This document shows, one piece after another, positions 1 through 9,255 of a stretch of 64,000 nt of DNA. Origin of the DNA: a virus; the IMG/VR virus record IMGVR_UViG_3300050821_003884, positions 16,898 through 80,897 of that record. One strand, given 5' to 3'. Numbering within the stretch: the stretch's first letter is position 1; each line of letters starts with the position of its first letter. A program made the translations under genes and the position numbers. A model generated the notes under the pieces. That model was not told the DNA's origin. It saw only the letters and a list, made by a program, of their open reading frames with translations, and did no database searches.

Positions 1-25
1 CGTCCCATTCCATTTTTTCCATTGC

Positions 26-688
26 CTATACCGCCTCCATGCGGCGGATGATTTTCGCGACCGTGGTGCCGCGCCACGGCAAACCGGAGCGGCTCTTGTA
101 GCCGCAGGCATTCAGGTCTTCTGCGATCTTCTTGGGAGTGGCTCCAGTCCCACGCCATTCACGAATCTGTTCCAGCGTGCTGGCCTCGGACGGCTTCTCT
201 CCAAAAGCGTGACGACCTTCAGCCTTGCCGTGTTTTAATTTCTTGCGCCCTCGGGCGGCACGCAGCTTCTGCACGATCATGACGCGGTCATACTCGGCGA
301 TTGCGCCCATGATCTGGCGCATCAGCTTGCGGCTGGGATCGTCGCTGCACAGGTCCGGCTCATACACTGAGATCAGCGTAAAGCCGCGCTTGCGCAGGTC
401 GGCGATGATGGTTTCCTGCACCATCAGGTCACGCGCCAGACGGTCAAGTTTCTCGATCAGGATGGTCTTGATGCCATTCTCTTCCAGAGCCGCCAGCAGG
501 GATGCCAGCGCAGGACGGTCATCCAGTTCCTTAGTGCCGGATATGGCCTCTTCGCGAAACACCTCGGCAATCTCAAAGGCGTTGTCCGCAGCGTACTTCT
601 CACAGGCGAGTATCTGGCGATCAAATCCATCGCCTTCCACCTGTGCGCGTCCAGATACGCGTAAATATGCAAATGCTTTTACTACCAC
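26..688 (-). CDS. Serine recombinase (resolvase family, C-terminal recombinase/HTH domain)
   Basis: AYLRVS catalytic motif, DRPAL and EKLDRLARD motifs, C-terminal IAEDLN...W...TV helix-turn-helix; GGGAGGGG RBS. Confidence 0.9.
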   Translation of the reverse strand: MVVKAFAYLRVSGRAQVEGDGFDRQILACEKYAADNAFEIAEVFREEAISGTKELDDRPALASLLAALEENGIKTILIEKLDRLARDLMVQETIIADLRKRGFTLISVYEPDLCSDDPSRKLMRQIMGAIAEYDRVMIVQKLRAARGRKKLKHGKAEGRHAFGEKPSEASTLEQIREWRGTGATPKKIAEDLNACGYKSRSGLPWRGTTVAKIIRRMEAV

Positions 689-719
689 TTACCCCTCCCG
701 GTAATTTAATTTACTGCTG

Positions 720-923
720 CTACTTTCGCCGTCCGCTGACCCTGCGCCGGGGAATAGGTTTTAATCCCGGATCGCTACCGCCCAACAGAGCCAACCTGCG
801 TGACGCCTCCCACTCGATTAAGGTCTTTAGAGCCTTACGCACCAAGGCGCTCTTTTCCTGAATACCGGTGTACTCCTGCGCCTGCTTAATTAGTTTGTCG
901 TCTAATGTCAGTGTCGTTCGCAT
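720..923 (-). CDS. vapB: VapB-family antitoxin (orphan paralog of 1581..1793)
   Basis: MRTTLTLDDKL...ALIEWEASRRLALLGGS; own AGGAGG RBS; highly similar to 1581..1793. Confidence 0.8.
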   Translation of the reverse strand: MRTTLTLDDKLIKQAQEYTGIQEKSALVRKALKTLIEWEASRRLALLGGSDPGLKPIPRRRVSGRRK

Positions 924-1184
924 GTCTCCTCCTGTAAGGTCGTCCTCTGACATCTCTTTCACCATTTCGGAAGTAATGGTCCGACCCGTGGCCTTCATGA
1001 CAAGGAAGCCGTACTTGTCCCGTTTCAGTCTGGACGACGCGCTCAGCGGCGGCTCTGGTGCCTGTTCGGCCTTGCGGATCAGCTCGCTGACGGCGCTGCC
1101 CAGCTTGATACCCTTGGCGTCGGCGTAATATGACGCGATCTTCAGGGCGTCGTTGTCGATATGGAGATTCGTTCGTGTTCTCAT
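720..1184 (-). CDS. RHH-type antitoxin-like ORF reading in frame into the vapB at 720..923
   Basis: MRTRTNLHIDNDAL...GSAVSELIRK...ITSEMVKEM; GGGAGGG RBS; no stop before the next ATG. Confidence 0.6.
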   Translation of the reverse strand: MRTRTNLHIDNDALKIASYYADAKGIKLGSAVSELIRKAEQAPEPPLSASSRLKRDKYGFLVMKATGRTITSEMVKEMSEDDLTGGDMRTTLTLDDKLIKQAQEYTGIQEKSALVRKALKTLIEWEASRRLALLGGSDPGLKPIPRRRVSGRRK

Positions 1185-1215
1185 ATGTATATTCCCTCCC
1201 GGTAGACGTTCTTTC

Positions 1216-1584
1216 TTATTTCCAAGCAACATGAATGGCAAGCGACTCGGCGATACTGCGCAGAGCCTTGTCTCTAGTCCATAGCTGAGTGGACGGGTTA
1301 ATAAGAACGGCGGCAATCAAGTGGGCATCTGTCCAGCCGATGCCCCGGTTGTAAAGCTTCAGGTCTTCGATTAAGCGCCGGATTTCGCTCGATGTTGCCG
1401 GATAAATCTGCGGTAGACCGTCGAGGCGGGAGATGGTTGTTAATCTTGCTGGCAACGGGCCTAATGCCAATTCGCCAATCACGAATGGATGCATCGTAAT
1501 CTCGTCGGCATCAAGTCGCCGCTGCAACTCCAAATCACCGCGATTAAGGTGGTCGATCCAAATCGTTGTATCCGCGAGGATCAT
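1216..1584 (-). CDS. vapC: VapC PIN-domain toxin
   Basis: MILADTTIWIDHL, HPFVIGELALG, IGWTDAHL, LWTRDK PIN motifs; overlaps upstream vapB. Confidence 0.9.
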   Translation of the reverse strand: MILADTTIWIDHLNRGDLELQRRLDADEITMHPFVIGELALGPLPARLTTISRLDGLPQIYPATSSEIRRLIEDLKLYNRGIGWTDAHLIAAVLINPSTQLWTRDKALRSIAESLAIHVAWK

Positions 1585-1793
1585 GCTCTTCGCTTACTTT
1601 CCGGTGCAAACCTGCGGCGCGGAATCTGCGGAAAATCTGGAGCTGACCCGCCAAGCAGCGCTAGACGGCGTGCGCTTTCGCGTTCGATAAGCGCTTTCAA
1701 TCCGGCGTTGACCAGTGCTGTTGGCTTGGTCAGTCCCGTCAATTCCTGCGCAGTGTTTAAAAGTTCGTCATCCAGCGCCAATGTTGTTCGCAT
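1581..1793 (-). CDS. vapB: VapB antitoxin
   Basis: MRTTLALDDELL...ERESARRLALLGGS, directly upstream of vapC. Confidence 0.85.
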   Translation of the reverse strand: MRTTLALDDELLNTAQELTGLTKPTALVNAGLKALIERESARRLALLGGSAPDFPQIPRRRFAPESKRRA

Positions 1794-1811
1794 GGTTCCC
1801 CCCATGCGTTA

Positions 1812-1830
1812 ATTATAGCATCACATGATG
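1812..1830 (-). promoter_or_regulatory. Extended -10 promoter and palindromic operator of vapBC
   Basis: Minus-strand TGC-TATAAT; overlapping inverted repeat CATCA-CA-TGATG. Confidence 0.5.
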
Positions 1831-1851
1831 ACACAATGCATGCATCGTAGA

Positions 1852-2328
1852 TCAGGGGTATATTACCGTTTGGGCATAAGGCTCGCGGTAGATTTCATGC
1901 CGCGTCTTTGGGTTGTCGAGCACGGTGTTGCCCTGATAGCGGATCGCCTTCTCCGCCACTTCCAGCGGGAACTCGACGCCAAGGTAGGCCAGCCCCGTTT
2001 CTTGCCAAGTGTTGTCGATTAAATTTCCAACGCCGTCGAGGTTCCACGCGTGATGAATCGGAAGAAACGCGCAGCCATCGGCCACTGCGTAGCCTTCCAC
2101 AAATCTGTATTTGCCTGTTCTGGCCAGCTTCAGCGCGTTAGAGAAGCAGCCTCTTGGGATGCCGCGCCGCATACGCTTCGGCAGGGGCCTCGGTTCGTAC
2201 CATGTGCCATGCAGCAACAGGAACTCCCCGATCCCCGCATAGGTGTACCCCTCCGGCATCTGCCCGCGAGTAACTCTGCCAAGTAACGTTAGCCAGTCTG
2301 TAATAGCTTTCTGTGCATCTGAATTCAT
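1852..2328 (-). CDS. Hypothetical phage protein
   Basis: ORF in co-oriented run; GCFSNA...VEGYA...HHAW motif. Confidence 0.6.
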   Translation of the reverse strand: MNSDAQKAITDWLTLLGRVTRGQMPEGYTYAGIGEFLLLHGTWYEPRPLPKRMRRGIPRGCFSNALKLARTGKYRFVEGYAVADGCAFLPIHHAWNLDGVGNLIDNTWQETGLAYLGVEFPLEVAEKAIRYQGNTVLDNPKTRHEIYREPYAQTVIYP

Positions 2329-2420
2329 AGTTATAATTGTTCTCGCGGGGTGTTATCCTTCCGTCCCCCAGATTGAAGTGAGTAGTACCTCGGGCACCCC
2401 GCCACTTATCTATCCAGTTT

Positions 2421-2648
2421 TTAAAGGTCGTCGCCAATCAGGGTGATGATTCTCGGCCTGCCGCCTTTGCGGGGGCGCGGCAGCTTGATCTCATCGACGT
2501 GCGACGGCTGCTTCTTGCCGTTCCACGCCCGCGACCTGCACTTCTTGTTCTGGCAGTTCTGCGGCGGTGTCTTGCCGATGGAAACCCATTTATGGTGGCA
2601 CTTGTTGCAGGTGCATTCATTAGCGGCGATAGTGATACTGCGAATCAT
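2421..2648 (-). CDS. Small C4 zinc-ribbon protein
   Basis: CNKCHHKW...CQNKKCRSRAWN. Confidence 0.6.
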   Translation of the reverse strand: MIRSITIAANECTCNKCHHKWVSIGKTPPQNCQNKKCRSRAWNGKKQPSHVDEIKLPRPRKGGRPRIITLIGDDL

Positions 2649-3133
2649 TCGTTCATCCTTGCCCTTTTCTCCTCGGGTGCTTCGGCCTGACGCCCGGAGT
2701 CCCAGAGGTGATTCCAGATGCGGTTATAGAGTGATGGCTCATGCCACGCCTGAAAGACCGCCACCAGCCCTTCGTGCGACAGCCGTTCCTGATCCTGCGC
2801 CCCGCAGCCGAAAAATGCGCAACCGAAAGGCGATGTCTCCCAAATCTGGCAGCGCCGCTGCACGTAGTAAATGCAGGAGCCGTCAGGCTTGGTCGCCATG
2901 ACCAGCGTGGGGATGCGGAAGACTTCTCCATGCTTTGCGACGATGGCTCCGGGTGACGCCAGTAAATTTAATTCAGCCCACTGCAACGGGTCCGCGCCTT
3001 CCGGGATCATGCGATCCAGATCGGATGGGATGAGGAACCCCGGAAGGTACATGCAGTTCCTGCGGCAGGTGCGGCAGGAACAGCCCTCGCCGCGCTCTAC
3101 GCCGAATTCCGTTCTTGTAATCACTTCAGTCAT
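2645..3133 (-). CDS. Cys-cluster protein (YkgJ-like)
   Basis: CSCRTCRRNC and CIYY...CQIW...PFGC. Confidence 0.55.
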   Translation of the reverse strand: MTEVITRTEFGVERGEGCSCRTCRRNCMYLPGFLIPSDLDRMIPEGADPLQWAELNLLASPGAIVAKHGEVFRIPTLVMATKPDGSCIYYVQRRCQIWETSPFGCAFFGCGAQDQERLSHEGLVAVFQAWHEPSLYNRIWNHLWDSGRQAEAPEEKRARMNE

Positions 3134-3525
3134 TGACCGTCCTGTATCTTTTCCTGACGCACAAAAACAAAAGGCGCGTCGAAAAGCTCCTTAATAAATG
3201 CCTCATAGTCGCCGTGGTTGAGAATCTCGTACAGCCTGCCGTTCTCCGATGCCGCCTCTAGCGATCCGCCGGTGCTCCGCAGGGCAAAGATGCAGTAATT
3301 GCGCGCACCGGGAACCTCCGCCCTATACCAGCTTTTTCGGTCCTCCGACTCAAAGGCTTTGTCGTCCTCGTAGTAGCGGAAGCGATAGGTAAGCTCGTAC
3401 TTATCGTCCGGGATCACCTCGCGCAGGCAGGCCATCCAGTCCTGCTTTTCTGTCGTCTTCAGAAACCAGACGCCGACAACCTTGTCGTCGAGCTGGATGC
3501 CGTCAAAGGTCTTCTCATCCGTCAT
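3130..3525 (-). CDS. Hypothetical protein
   Basis: ATGA-coupled to neighbours. Confidence 0.6.
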   Translation of the reverse strand: MTDEKTFDGIQLDDKVVGVWFLKTTEKQDWMACLREVIPDDKYELTYRFRYYEDDKAFESEDRKSWYRAEVPGARNYCIFALRSTGGSLEAASENGRLYEILNHGDYEAFIKELFDAPFVFVRQEKIQDGQ

Positions 3526-3731
3526 TGCGCTGTACCTCTCTGCTTGTCGCTGATGGCCATTTCAATTCCGTACTCGCCGACTTCCGTTTCGCAAACCGTG
3601 AAACTCAGTCTGCGCCCATTGTCGAGAGTCAGCACCGGGTTCGTGGTACGCGGACGGTGCGACAGGCCAGTGCCGAACCATCCCCAGTCAACATCGACAA
3701 TCGTGCGACCGATTAAATCAGCTTTTCGCAT
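3522..3731 (-). CDS. Hypothetical protein
   Basis: Coupled ORF. Confidence 0.5.
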   Translation of the reverse strand: MRKADLIGRTIVDVDWGWFGTGLSHRPRTTNPVLTLDNGRRLSFTVCETEVGEYGIEMAISDKQRGTAQ

Positions 3732-3757
3732 TCAGCCAGCTCCGGCTACTTCTCTGT

Positions 3758-4363
3758 TCACTCATAACAGCTCCAAACTTCTTCTAGGTCGAGAACGAAT
3801 CCCTGTACTGGATTTATGCCCGTAAGGCTGGAAGCTGAGGACACCTCGCCAATCAGGCCAAACGCATTGTAGATGTAGCAACGTCTGTCCTTCGGATCAA
3901 TCAGCCAGCCAAGAGCCGCACCATTTTTCGCCCAGCGCTCCATCTTTTCCTGAGCCTCTTTCAGGGAGTCGCTCGGAGAACGAAGCTCGATGACGAAGTT
4001 GGGGCAGACAGGCGGGTAGCCCTTCAGAGCACCTTTGGGCAGTTGCCCCAAGCGCTCCTCTGTAACGTAAGCAGCGTCTGGGCACATACGGTCACGGCTG
4101 GCTGGGGATGCGGCGTCCGGGAAAATAAATTCCGTGCTGGAATCGAAGCAGCGCCCTCGTCTGTGTGTCTTCCACCAATTACGTAGCTGCGCGGCGATCT
4201 CTGAGTTTGCGTCGCCAGTCTCACCACCTGTTGGCGGATTCATGAAAATTTCTCCTCCTCTAATTTCGATCTGCATAGAGCTGAAGGCGCGACACAACTC
4301 GTCGTATTCCTCGTCAGTAAGTTGCGGGTCAAAGATGACCCTGTGTGCTTGTATGGTTGCCAT
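3758..4363 (-). CDS. Uma2 (DUF820) family PD-(D/E)xK endonuclease
   Basis: CPDAAYV...CPNFVIELRSPSD...LGWLIDP. Confidence 0.85.
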   Translation of the reverse strand: MATIQAHRVIFDPQLTDEEYDELCRAFSSMQIEIRGGEIFMNPPTGGETGDANSEIAAQLRNWWKTHRRGRCFDSSTEFIFPDAASPASRDRMCPDAAYVTEERLGQLPKGALKGYPPVCPNFVIELRSPSDSLKEAQEKMERWAKNGAALGWLIDPKDRRCYIYNAFGLIGEVSSASSLTGINPVQGFVLDLEEVWSCYE

Positions 4364-4366
4364 GAT

Positions 4367-4792
4367 TCAACTCCTTATTGGTCGTTGCACCGACTTCTCC
4401 GTGTTGGGGACGCTGGGCTTGGGGCCGATACCGTCCCAGATATTGCGGCCCTGCTCCCAGCACAGGCCCATGCGCGTGAAATACGGCACGTCTGAGAGAA
4501 AGCCGAACAGGTGGTACTGATTACTCAGGTCCACCACCTGCGACTCTCGCGGATACATTTCCACCATTTCCGTCTCCGGCCCCAGCAGCTCATTTTTAAT
4601 TCGCTGGAAGTCGCGCCAGTCGTGCTTGGCGGTACGCTCGTTGTCCCGGATGGATAGGTGGATGATGTCCGGGCCGCCCTCCTTAGGGTTGGGATACCGG
4701 CGCATGATGACGTGATACCGGTTGTTGTGAAATAAAACTCCCTGACCGTCGGGCAATTGCTCCATCTGAAACGGCGACCAGCTTCTAGGCAT
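4367..4792 (-). CDS. Conserved phage protein
   Basis: HLSIR...DWRDFQRIKNEL.G.E...E.YP...N.YHL motif typical of a phage DUF. Confidence 0.65.
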   Translation of the reverse strand: MPRSWSPFQMEQLPDGQGVLFHNNRYHVIMRRYPNPKEGGPDIIHLSIRDNERTAKHDWRDFQRIKNELLGPETEMVEMYPRESQVVDLSNQYHLFGFLSDVPYFTRMGLCWEQGRNIWDGIGPKPSVPNTEKSVQRPIRS

Positions 4793-5219
4793 TCTGCTCC
4801 TCTGGCCCCGTCTCCTTCGTCTTTACCAGATACGTTGTGCGCCTCGGCTGGAGCGCCTTCAGCCTTGCGATCTGCTGGTCGAGGACGAACAAAAACGCCT
4901 TCTCCCTGCAAACACACTCGTTCTTCTTGTGGTCGCACGGGCCGAATCCGACAATCATGTCGTCGATGATGGTTCGCGCCTCGGTGAACACCTCCAGCAT
5001 CAGCTCGTAGCTCGGGGCGCGGGGAGCCTCTGTGCCCGTCTCGATCTGCGAAAGAAAAGGGACACTGGCATACGGCTCTGCGAAGCGGTGATCCTCGCCG
5101 TTCCAGCTTCTGATCTTGCACTTTGCGCAGCGATGGGGCTTCGCGTCAGCGTCCCACTCCCAGCCGCAGTGAACACATCTGCAATGGAAGACTGTCTTGG
5201 TTTTAAGGGTGATAGGCAT
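4785..5219 (-). CDS. C4 zinc-ribbon protein
   Basis: CVHCGWEW...CAKCKIRSWN. Confidence 0.6.
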   Translation of the reverse strand: MPITLKTKTVFHCRCVHCGWEWDADAKPHRCAKCKIRSWNGEDHRFAEPYASVPFLSQIETGTEAPRAPSYELMLEVFTEARTIIDDMIVGFGPCDHKKNECVCREKAFLFVLDQQIARLKALQPRRTTYLVKTKETGPEEQNA

Positions 5220-5272
5220 GGGGAAATGCTCTCCTGAAAATTACTTTTGGTGCGTGTCTACTCCAGCCCACT

Positions 5273-5617
5273 TTAATGAGTTGGCTGCCGGTTCTCGCGG
5301 AACTTGCGATGCAGCTCGGCGATACTCCTGCGGGCTTCGGCCACAGGCAGCCTGTGACCGTACTTCCTGCGAAAGGTTTCAACGCTGCGATCAAGCAACG
5401 CATCCCAGTTGTTCGCATCGATCAGGCCCGCACAGGTCTTGCACGCCGCCCAGTCGGACTCGGAATTAATGTTCAGCTTGCTGCCGTCCGGCTTGGGTAA
5501 CTGCGACACATTAAAATCTCTTGCCGGGTAATCGGCGTAAATGGGGCTATCAGAGCAAAAGTCGCAAATCGGCCCCTCCGGCGGCTCGCTAAGGTAAACT
5601 GTCTCTCCGCTTTTCAT
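5273..5617 (-). CDS. Hypothetical Cys-motif protein
   Basis: CDFC...WAACKTC, shared with the N-terminus of 9256..10521. Confidence 0.6.
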   Translation of the reverse strand: MKSGETVYLSEPPEGPICDFCSDSPIYADYPARDFNVSQLPKPDGSKLNINSESDWAACKTCAGLIDANNWDALLDRSVETFRRKYGHRLPVAEARRSIAELHRKFRENRQPTH

Positions 5618-5623
5618 TCTGCT

Positions 5624-5971
5624 CTATTCTACCACCGTGGTGTCAACTGCAACCTCGTGTGTCGTTCCATCCGGTATGGGTGGACGGCCAGCCACGGCGC
5701 GAAGCAGCCCCTCCTGTACGTTGCGGCGAACATCGAGGACAGCTTGAAGCGCGACAAGGGAAGTGCGCAGCGAGGCTCGCTCAGTCTCGGTGATGGCCGT
5801 CCCTCGCGCCACCTCCAGCAGGATTATGCGATGCTCATTTAAAAAATCTGCCGCAGCGTTGGCCAGCGCAGCGGTCGCTTCCTCGAACAGCTTTACATGT
5901 GCGTTGACGCGCTCGACGCCTTCTGGGGTCTGCAAGCCTTGGGGTGTGAGGTCAATCTCCTCGATTTCCAT
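5624..5971 (-). CDS. Hypothetical protein
   Basis: GGAGG RBS, co-oriented. Confidence 0.55.
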   Translation of the reverse strand: MEIEEIDLTPQGLQTPEGVERVNAHVKLFEEATAALANAAADFLNEHRIILLEVARGTAITETERASLRTSLVALQAVLDVRRNVQEGLLRAVAGRPPIPDGTTHEVAVDTTVVE

Positions 5972-6153
5972 TAGTAGTCCTCCGGTTCAATCGGTTCGTC
6001 TACATCCGCTTGGGTGTAGTGCGTGAATATTACTGGGCGGTAGCGTGCCAGCTTCTCGGCCTTGCACTTGGCGCAGACGCGGCAGAGCGGGATGCCTCTG
6101 CCGTCTTGCTCCCACCAGCTCTCCAGCCCAGAGCCACAGGAACAGGGGCGCAT
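5971..6153 (-). CDS. Small Cys-rich protein
   Basis: MRPCSCGSG...DGRGIPLCRVC; TAATG coupling. Confidence 0.55.
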   Translation of the reverse strand: MRPCSCGSGLESWWEQDGRGIPLCRVCAKCKAEKLARYRPVIFTHYTQADVDEPIEPEDY

Positions 6154-6635
6154 TAGCTTATCTCCTGCGGCGTCTTCCATGCCTGCTGGTTGCGGATTTC
6201 TAAAACCTGCTGAATGGATAGCTTGTCGATATCCCAGCCCTTGGCCTTGCAGTACTGCGCCACGAACTCGCCGCGCATGCGGAGGATGGTGTGCTGTTCC
6301 TGTGTACCGCCTGCGACGGTGACTCCACCGGGCAGTGCGATTTCTGGTACGTGGTTGGCCAGCGCATAGCGGGGCGTGAAGAAGTCTTCCAGCTTTCCGG
6401 TGTCGCGGTTGATGTGCTTGCGGATGCCGTAAATGTCGTGCGATAAGTCCTGCAAGGGGCCTTCCAGCATGCTCTTGAAGTCGAGCGCACAGGCGTTGGC
6501 GTGGCACGCCATAAGGTCCATTACCAGCGTGCGCTTGTCGTCAGGGTAGTGCGTGAACGCGGCCAGTGCGCGGTCAGCGACCTGCACAAGCAAGTCGAAT
6601 TCCGGCTTGGAAATTTCCCAGTTGGTGATCGTCAT
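6153..6635 (-). CDS. Conserved phage protein (DUF6874-like)
   Basis: MDLMACH...HDIYGIRKHINRDTGKL...FTPRY; GGAGG RBS. Confidence 0.6.
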   Translation of the reverse strand: MTITNWEISKPEFDLLVQVADRALAAFTHYPDDKRTLVMDLMACHANACALDFKSMLEGPLQDLSHDIYGIRKHINRDTGKLEDFFTPRYALANHVPEIALPGGVTVAGGTQEQHTILRMRGEFVAQYCKAKGWDIDKLSIQQVLEIRNQQAWKTPQEIS

Positions 6636-6874
6636 TTTAAATTTCCTCCAGTCAGGGCGCTGATACATGCCTCAGAGGGCCAGCGGTTGATGTCGCTGCG
6701 GCAGTCGCCGCTGTAGCCCGGTGGATGAGCGCCGTCGCAGCAGCCGCAATCTTCCCAGTCGTCGGGCGGATTTTCGGCGTAGGTAGGGTTCGGTGCCAGC
6801 TCCCATGCCTTGGGGTCTACATAGAAACCCTTCGACTGGGCAACAGGCTGGTTATTGCTGGGTTGGGTCGTCAT
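6632..6874 (-). CDS. Hypothetical protein
   Basis: AGGAG RBS; CGCCDGAH motif. Confidence 0.5.
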   Translation of the reverse strand: MTTQPSNNQPVAQSKGFYVDPKAWELAPNPTYAENPPDDWEDCGCCDGAHPPGYSGDCRSDINRWPSEACISALTGGNLK

Positions 6875-6966
6875 GTCATTACTCCTACTGAGAAAGGCGA
6901 GGATACTCTCAACAAAGGTCAGCATCGTTTCCCTCACGCAAATCGGTTTACCTGCGGTTGCGGCGT

Positions 6967-7386
6967 TCACTTCTTACTGCTCCTGTAGGCGTCGATCAGC
7001 TCCTGAATCTGGCCGTCCGCTGCGGACAGCAGGCTCTGAGCCTGATCTTTCACGACATTGCTACCGCTCTGGAAGGCCCATTGCTGAACAAAAAGGTCGC
7101 CATCGTCGGTCTGCATTGTTAAGGCAACCGCCTGAATACTGGAAGAGTCCTTGGCAAGGGCATCGCTCAGCGTGACCACGTGCAGCCTCCAGCGGGTGCC
7201 CGTGGACGCGGATTCGTAGCGCGGACTGCGGGCAATATCATCGCGCAGGGCGGAGCAAAAACGTCCGCCGACAAAGTCGTCGGCTTCGTTGGTGCAGGTG
7301 ACTTCGATAGGCTGCTTGTTGGGCTGTGCATGGCACAGGCTGGCGGTGAAAACTAAGGCAGAGAGTATTACAGTAGTAAGTTTCAT
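6967..7386 (-). CDS. Secreted protein with signal peptide
   Basis: MKLTTVILSALVFTASLCHA-Q; start-associated motif upstream. Confidence 0.65.
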   Translation of the reverse strand: MKLTTVILSALVFTASLCHAQPNKQPIEVTCTNEADDFVGGRFCSALRDDIARSPRYESASTGTRWRLHVVTLSDALAKDSSSIQAVALTMQTDDGDLFVQQWAFQSGSNVVKDQAQSLLSAADGQIQELIDAYRSSKK

Positions 7387-7425
7387 TTCCCCTCCCGGAA
7401 ATCGGTTTATGTGTAGTTGCTGTTT

Positions 7426-7620
7426 TTAATTTGCGTGCTGGTGCAGGTAATCCCAAGCTTCTCGGGCAGTGAAGCTCCCGAGACGCCTTCCAGCCCCGTT
7501 GTAGATGGTCCTGCGCTGATCGTCGTTCTCTTTGCGGTGCGTCCAGCCCCGGCTGGCGATGGCTTCGCTCAGAGTCTGCTCGCCTGCGACGACAGTGTTG
7601 ACATAATGTTCGTGATCCAC
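7426..7620 (-). CDS. Hypothetical protein
   Basis: GGGAGGG RBS and GTG start. Confidence 0.55.
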   Translation of the reverse strand: MDHEHYVNTVVAGEQTLSEAIASRGWTHRKENDDQRRTIYNGAGRRLGSFTAREAWDYLHQHAN

Positions 7621-7654
7621 TTTTCCCTCCCGAAAATTGGTTTATATGTGTTGT

Positions 7655-8200
7655 CTATTCCGGCAACCCGACGAAAAAGTCTTCTACCCTGAGCGCTCCC
7701 TTGAGCGGAGCGGGCAGCGTTACATCGTCGGTTGAATCCAGAAGAGCGGACAGCGTTCGCCAGTAGGCGATGACGGTGCGCTGCTTGGGATCGACTACCC
7801 ACACCACATCGACACGCGCATTCAGGTAGATATCCACCTTCTCACTCGCGTCCTGATTCGGCGACAAGATTTCCACCGCCAGCAGGGGAGGAACGTTGAC
7901 GTACGCGTCGTCCTGCATGGCCCGTCTCCACGCTGGCCATGAAACGATGAACAGGTCAGGCGAGGGCATGTCGTAGGGTGTCAGCTTGATGTTGGAGTCG
8001 CCGTTGCAGATGTAGCCGCTGTCCTTACACGCAGCGTCGAGCAGTCTCCGAATGTTCTGCTGCACCTGCTGGTGCAGCGGCTTTGCGTCCGGTGTCATCA
8101 CTATCCTTCCGTTAATCAGTTCGTCGCGAAACCCCGGAACGCCAGCGAACGAATGCTCGTACTGCTCGACCATGATGGGGTGCGTGTTTATGGTTGCCAT
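7655..8200 (-). CDS. Uma2 (DUF820) family endonuclease
   Basis: ELING, PSPDL, PLLAVEILSP, VWVVDP. Confidence 0.85.
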   Translation of the reverse strand: MATINTHPIMVEQYEHSFAGVPGFRDELINGRIVMTPDAKPLHQQVQQNIRRLLDAACKDSGYICNGDSNIKLTPYDMPSPDLFIVSWPAWRRAMQDDAYVNVPPLLAVEILSPNQDASEKVDIYLNARVDVVWVVDPKQRTVIAYWRTLSALLDSTDDVTLPAPLKGALRVEDFFVGLPE

Positions 8201-8234
8201 CTCAAATCCCTCCCGGTAAATCTGTTTATGCGTG

Positions 8235-8819
8235 TTACTTGCTTGCGGTTCCCGATTCTTCCAAGTCCTCTACGTCGGCCAAATCACGTCTCCGGCCAGC
8301 GGCTAACTTAGAAGCGATGAGGTCTTGCTTGGAAATAAAAGGTATCTCAAGGTCACCCAGCTTGGCGATAACACGCTGCCTCCAAGCCGAGTCGAAGTCT
8401 ACCCCGGAAATCTTTTTAAGTATGTCGATGCGGAATGGCTCAACCCCAATCTGCAAAATCAGATCGTTAGCGAAATCGGCAGGGGCGAATTTGTCCATCG
8501 GTGCCCCAAACTCACTGCACGCGTCGTAGGCGTGCTGGGCGTTCTCGGCAGTTTGGCGTATCCATACGTCGAAGTCTTTGGTGTATCGCCACTGAGCATA
8601 AAAGCTGAAGGCGTGCCCACCAATGATGAGATAGTCAACGCCGTGCTTATTCAATACGCGCAGCATGGCTATGTAATCGGGTGACTCAATATGCAAAGCT
8701 TCTTTCATCTGAAAAATCTCCCTCATCCGCCTGTCTTCGCTCAGACCATGCCATGCGAGATATTCCGACCTTTTCACGTCGGCGAAGTTGGTGTAGCTGG
8801 TTAAGGTAATGTCGCGCAT
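8235..8819 (-). CDS. Nucleotidyltransferase (start uncertain)
   Basis: YLIIGGHA...RYTKDFD...LIASKLAAGRRRDLAD. Confidence 0.8.
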   Translation of the reverse strand: MRDITLTSYTNFADVKRSEYLAWHGLSEDRRMREIFQMKEALHIESPDYIAMLRVLNKHGVDYLIIGGHAFSFYAQWRYTKDFDVWIRQTAENAQHAYDACSEFGAPMDKFAPADFANDLILQIGVEPFRIDILKKISGVDFDSAWRQRVIAKLGDLEIPFISKQDLIASKLAAGRRRDLADVEDLEESGTASK

Positions 8820-8820
8820 G

Positions 8821-9183
8821 TTATGCGTCCCCCTCTCGCAGGCCGCAGATTTTAATTCGCAGCGCCCGCCACTCATCCGGCGTCAGCTTATCCAGCGGGT
8901 GATTGTCGTGCTCCATGGTTTCGATGGATGACCGGATGTCGTCGGCATCCGCGTAGTCAGGACGCGCCCGGAATGCAGCGATGCGGCTGCGCTCCTCGGC
9001 CTCGTCTGCTCGCTTCTTCTGCTCTGCTTTAATTTCGGCCTTGGTCGCGGGGCGGGGAACTGTGTATCCCATGGGCGCGATTTCGCCGTCAGCCCTGATC
9101 ACAGTGTGAGTGCCGGAATAGGTCGTGAAGGCTGTCCAGCCCTCCGCTCGCCGTGTCGGTATTACTTTCTTGGCTTTTGCCAT
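8821..9183 (-). CDS. Hypothetical protein
   Basis: RBS motif; downstream of a palindromic promoter. Confidence 0.6.
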   Translation of the reverse strand: MAKAKKVIPTRRAEGWTAFTTYSGTHTVIRADGEIAPMGYTVPRPATKAEIKAEQKKRADEAEERSRIAAFRARPDYADADDIRSSIETMEHDNHPLDKLTPDEWRALRIKICGLREGDA

Positions 9184-9214
9184 TTTCCCTCCCGTAAATA
9201 CAGTAGATCATAGT

Positions 9215-9231
9215 TAGCACTATGGTGTCAA
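9215..9231 (-). promoter_or_regulatory. TTGACA -35 within a palindromic operator (copy 1 of 4)
   Basis: Minus strand TTGACACCATAGTGCTA; -10 spacing unclear. Confidence 0.5.
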
Positions 9232-9255
9232 GTTAACCCAATTCTTCTCAGTCAC

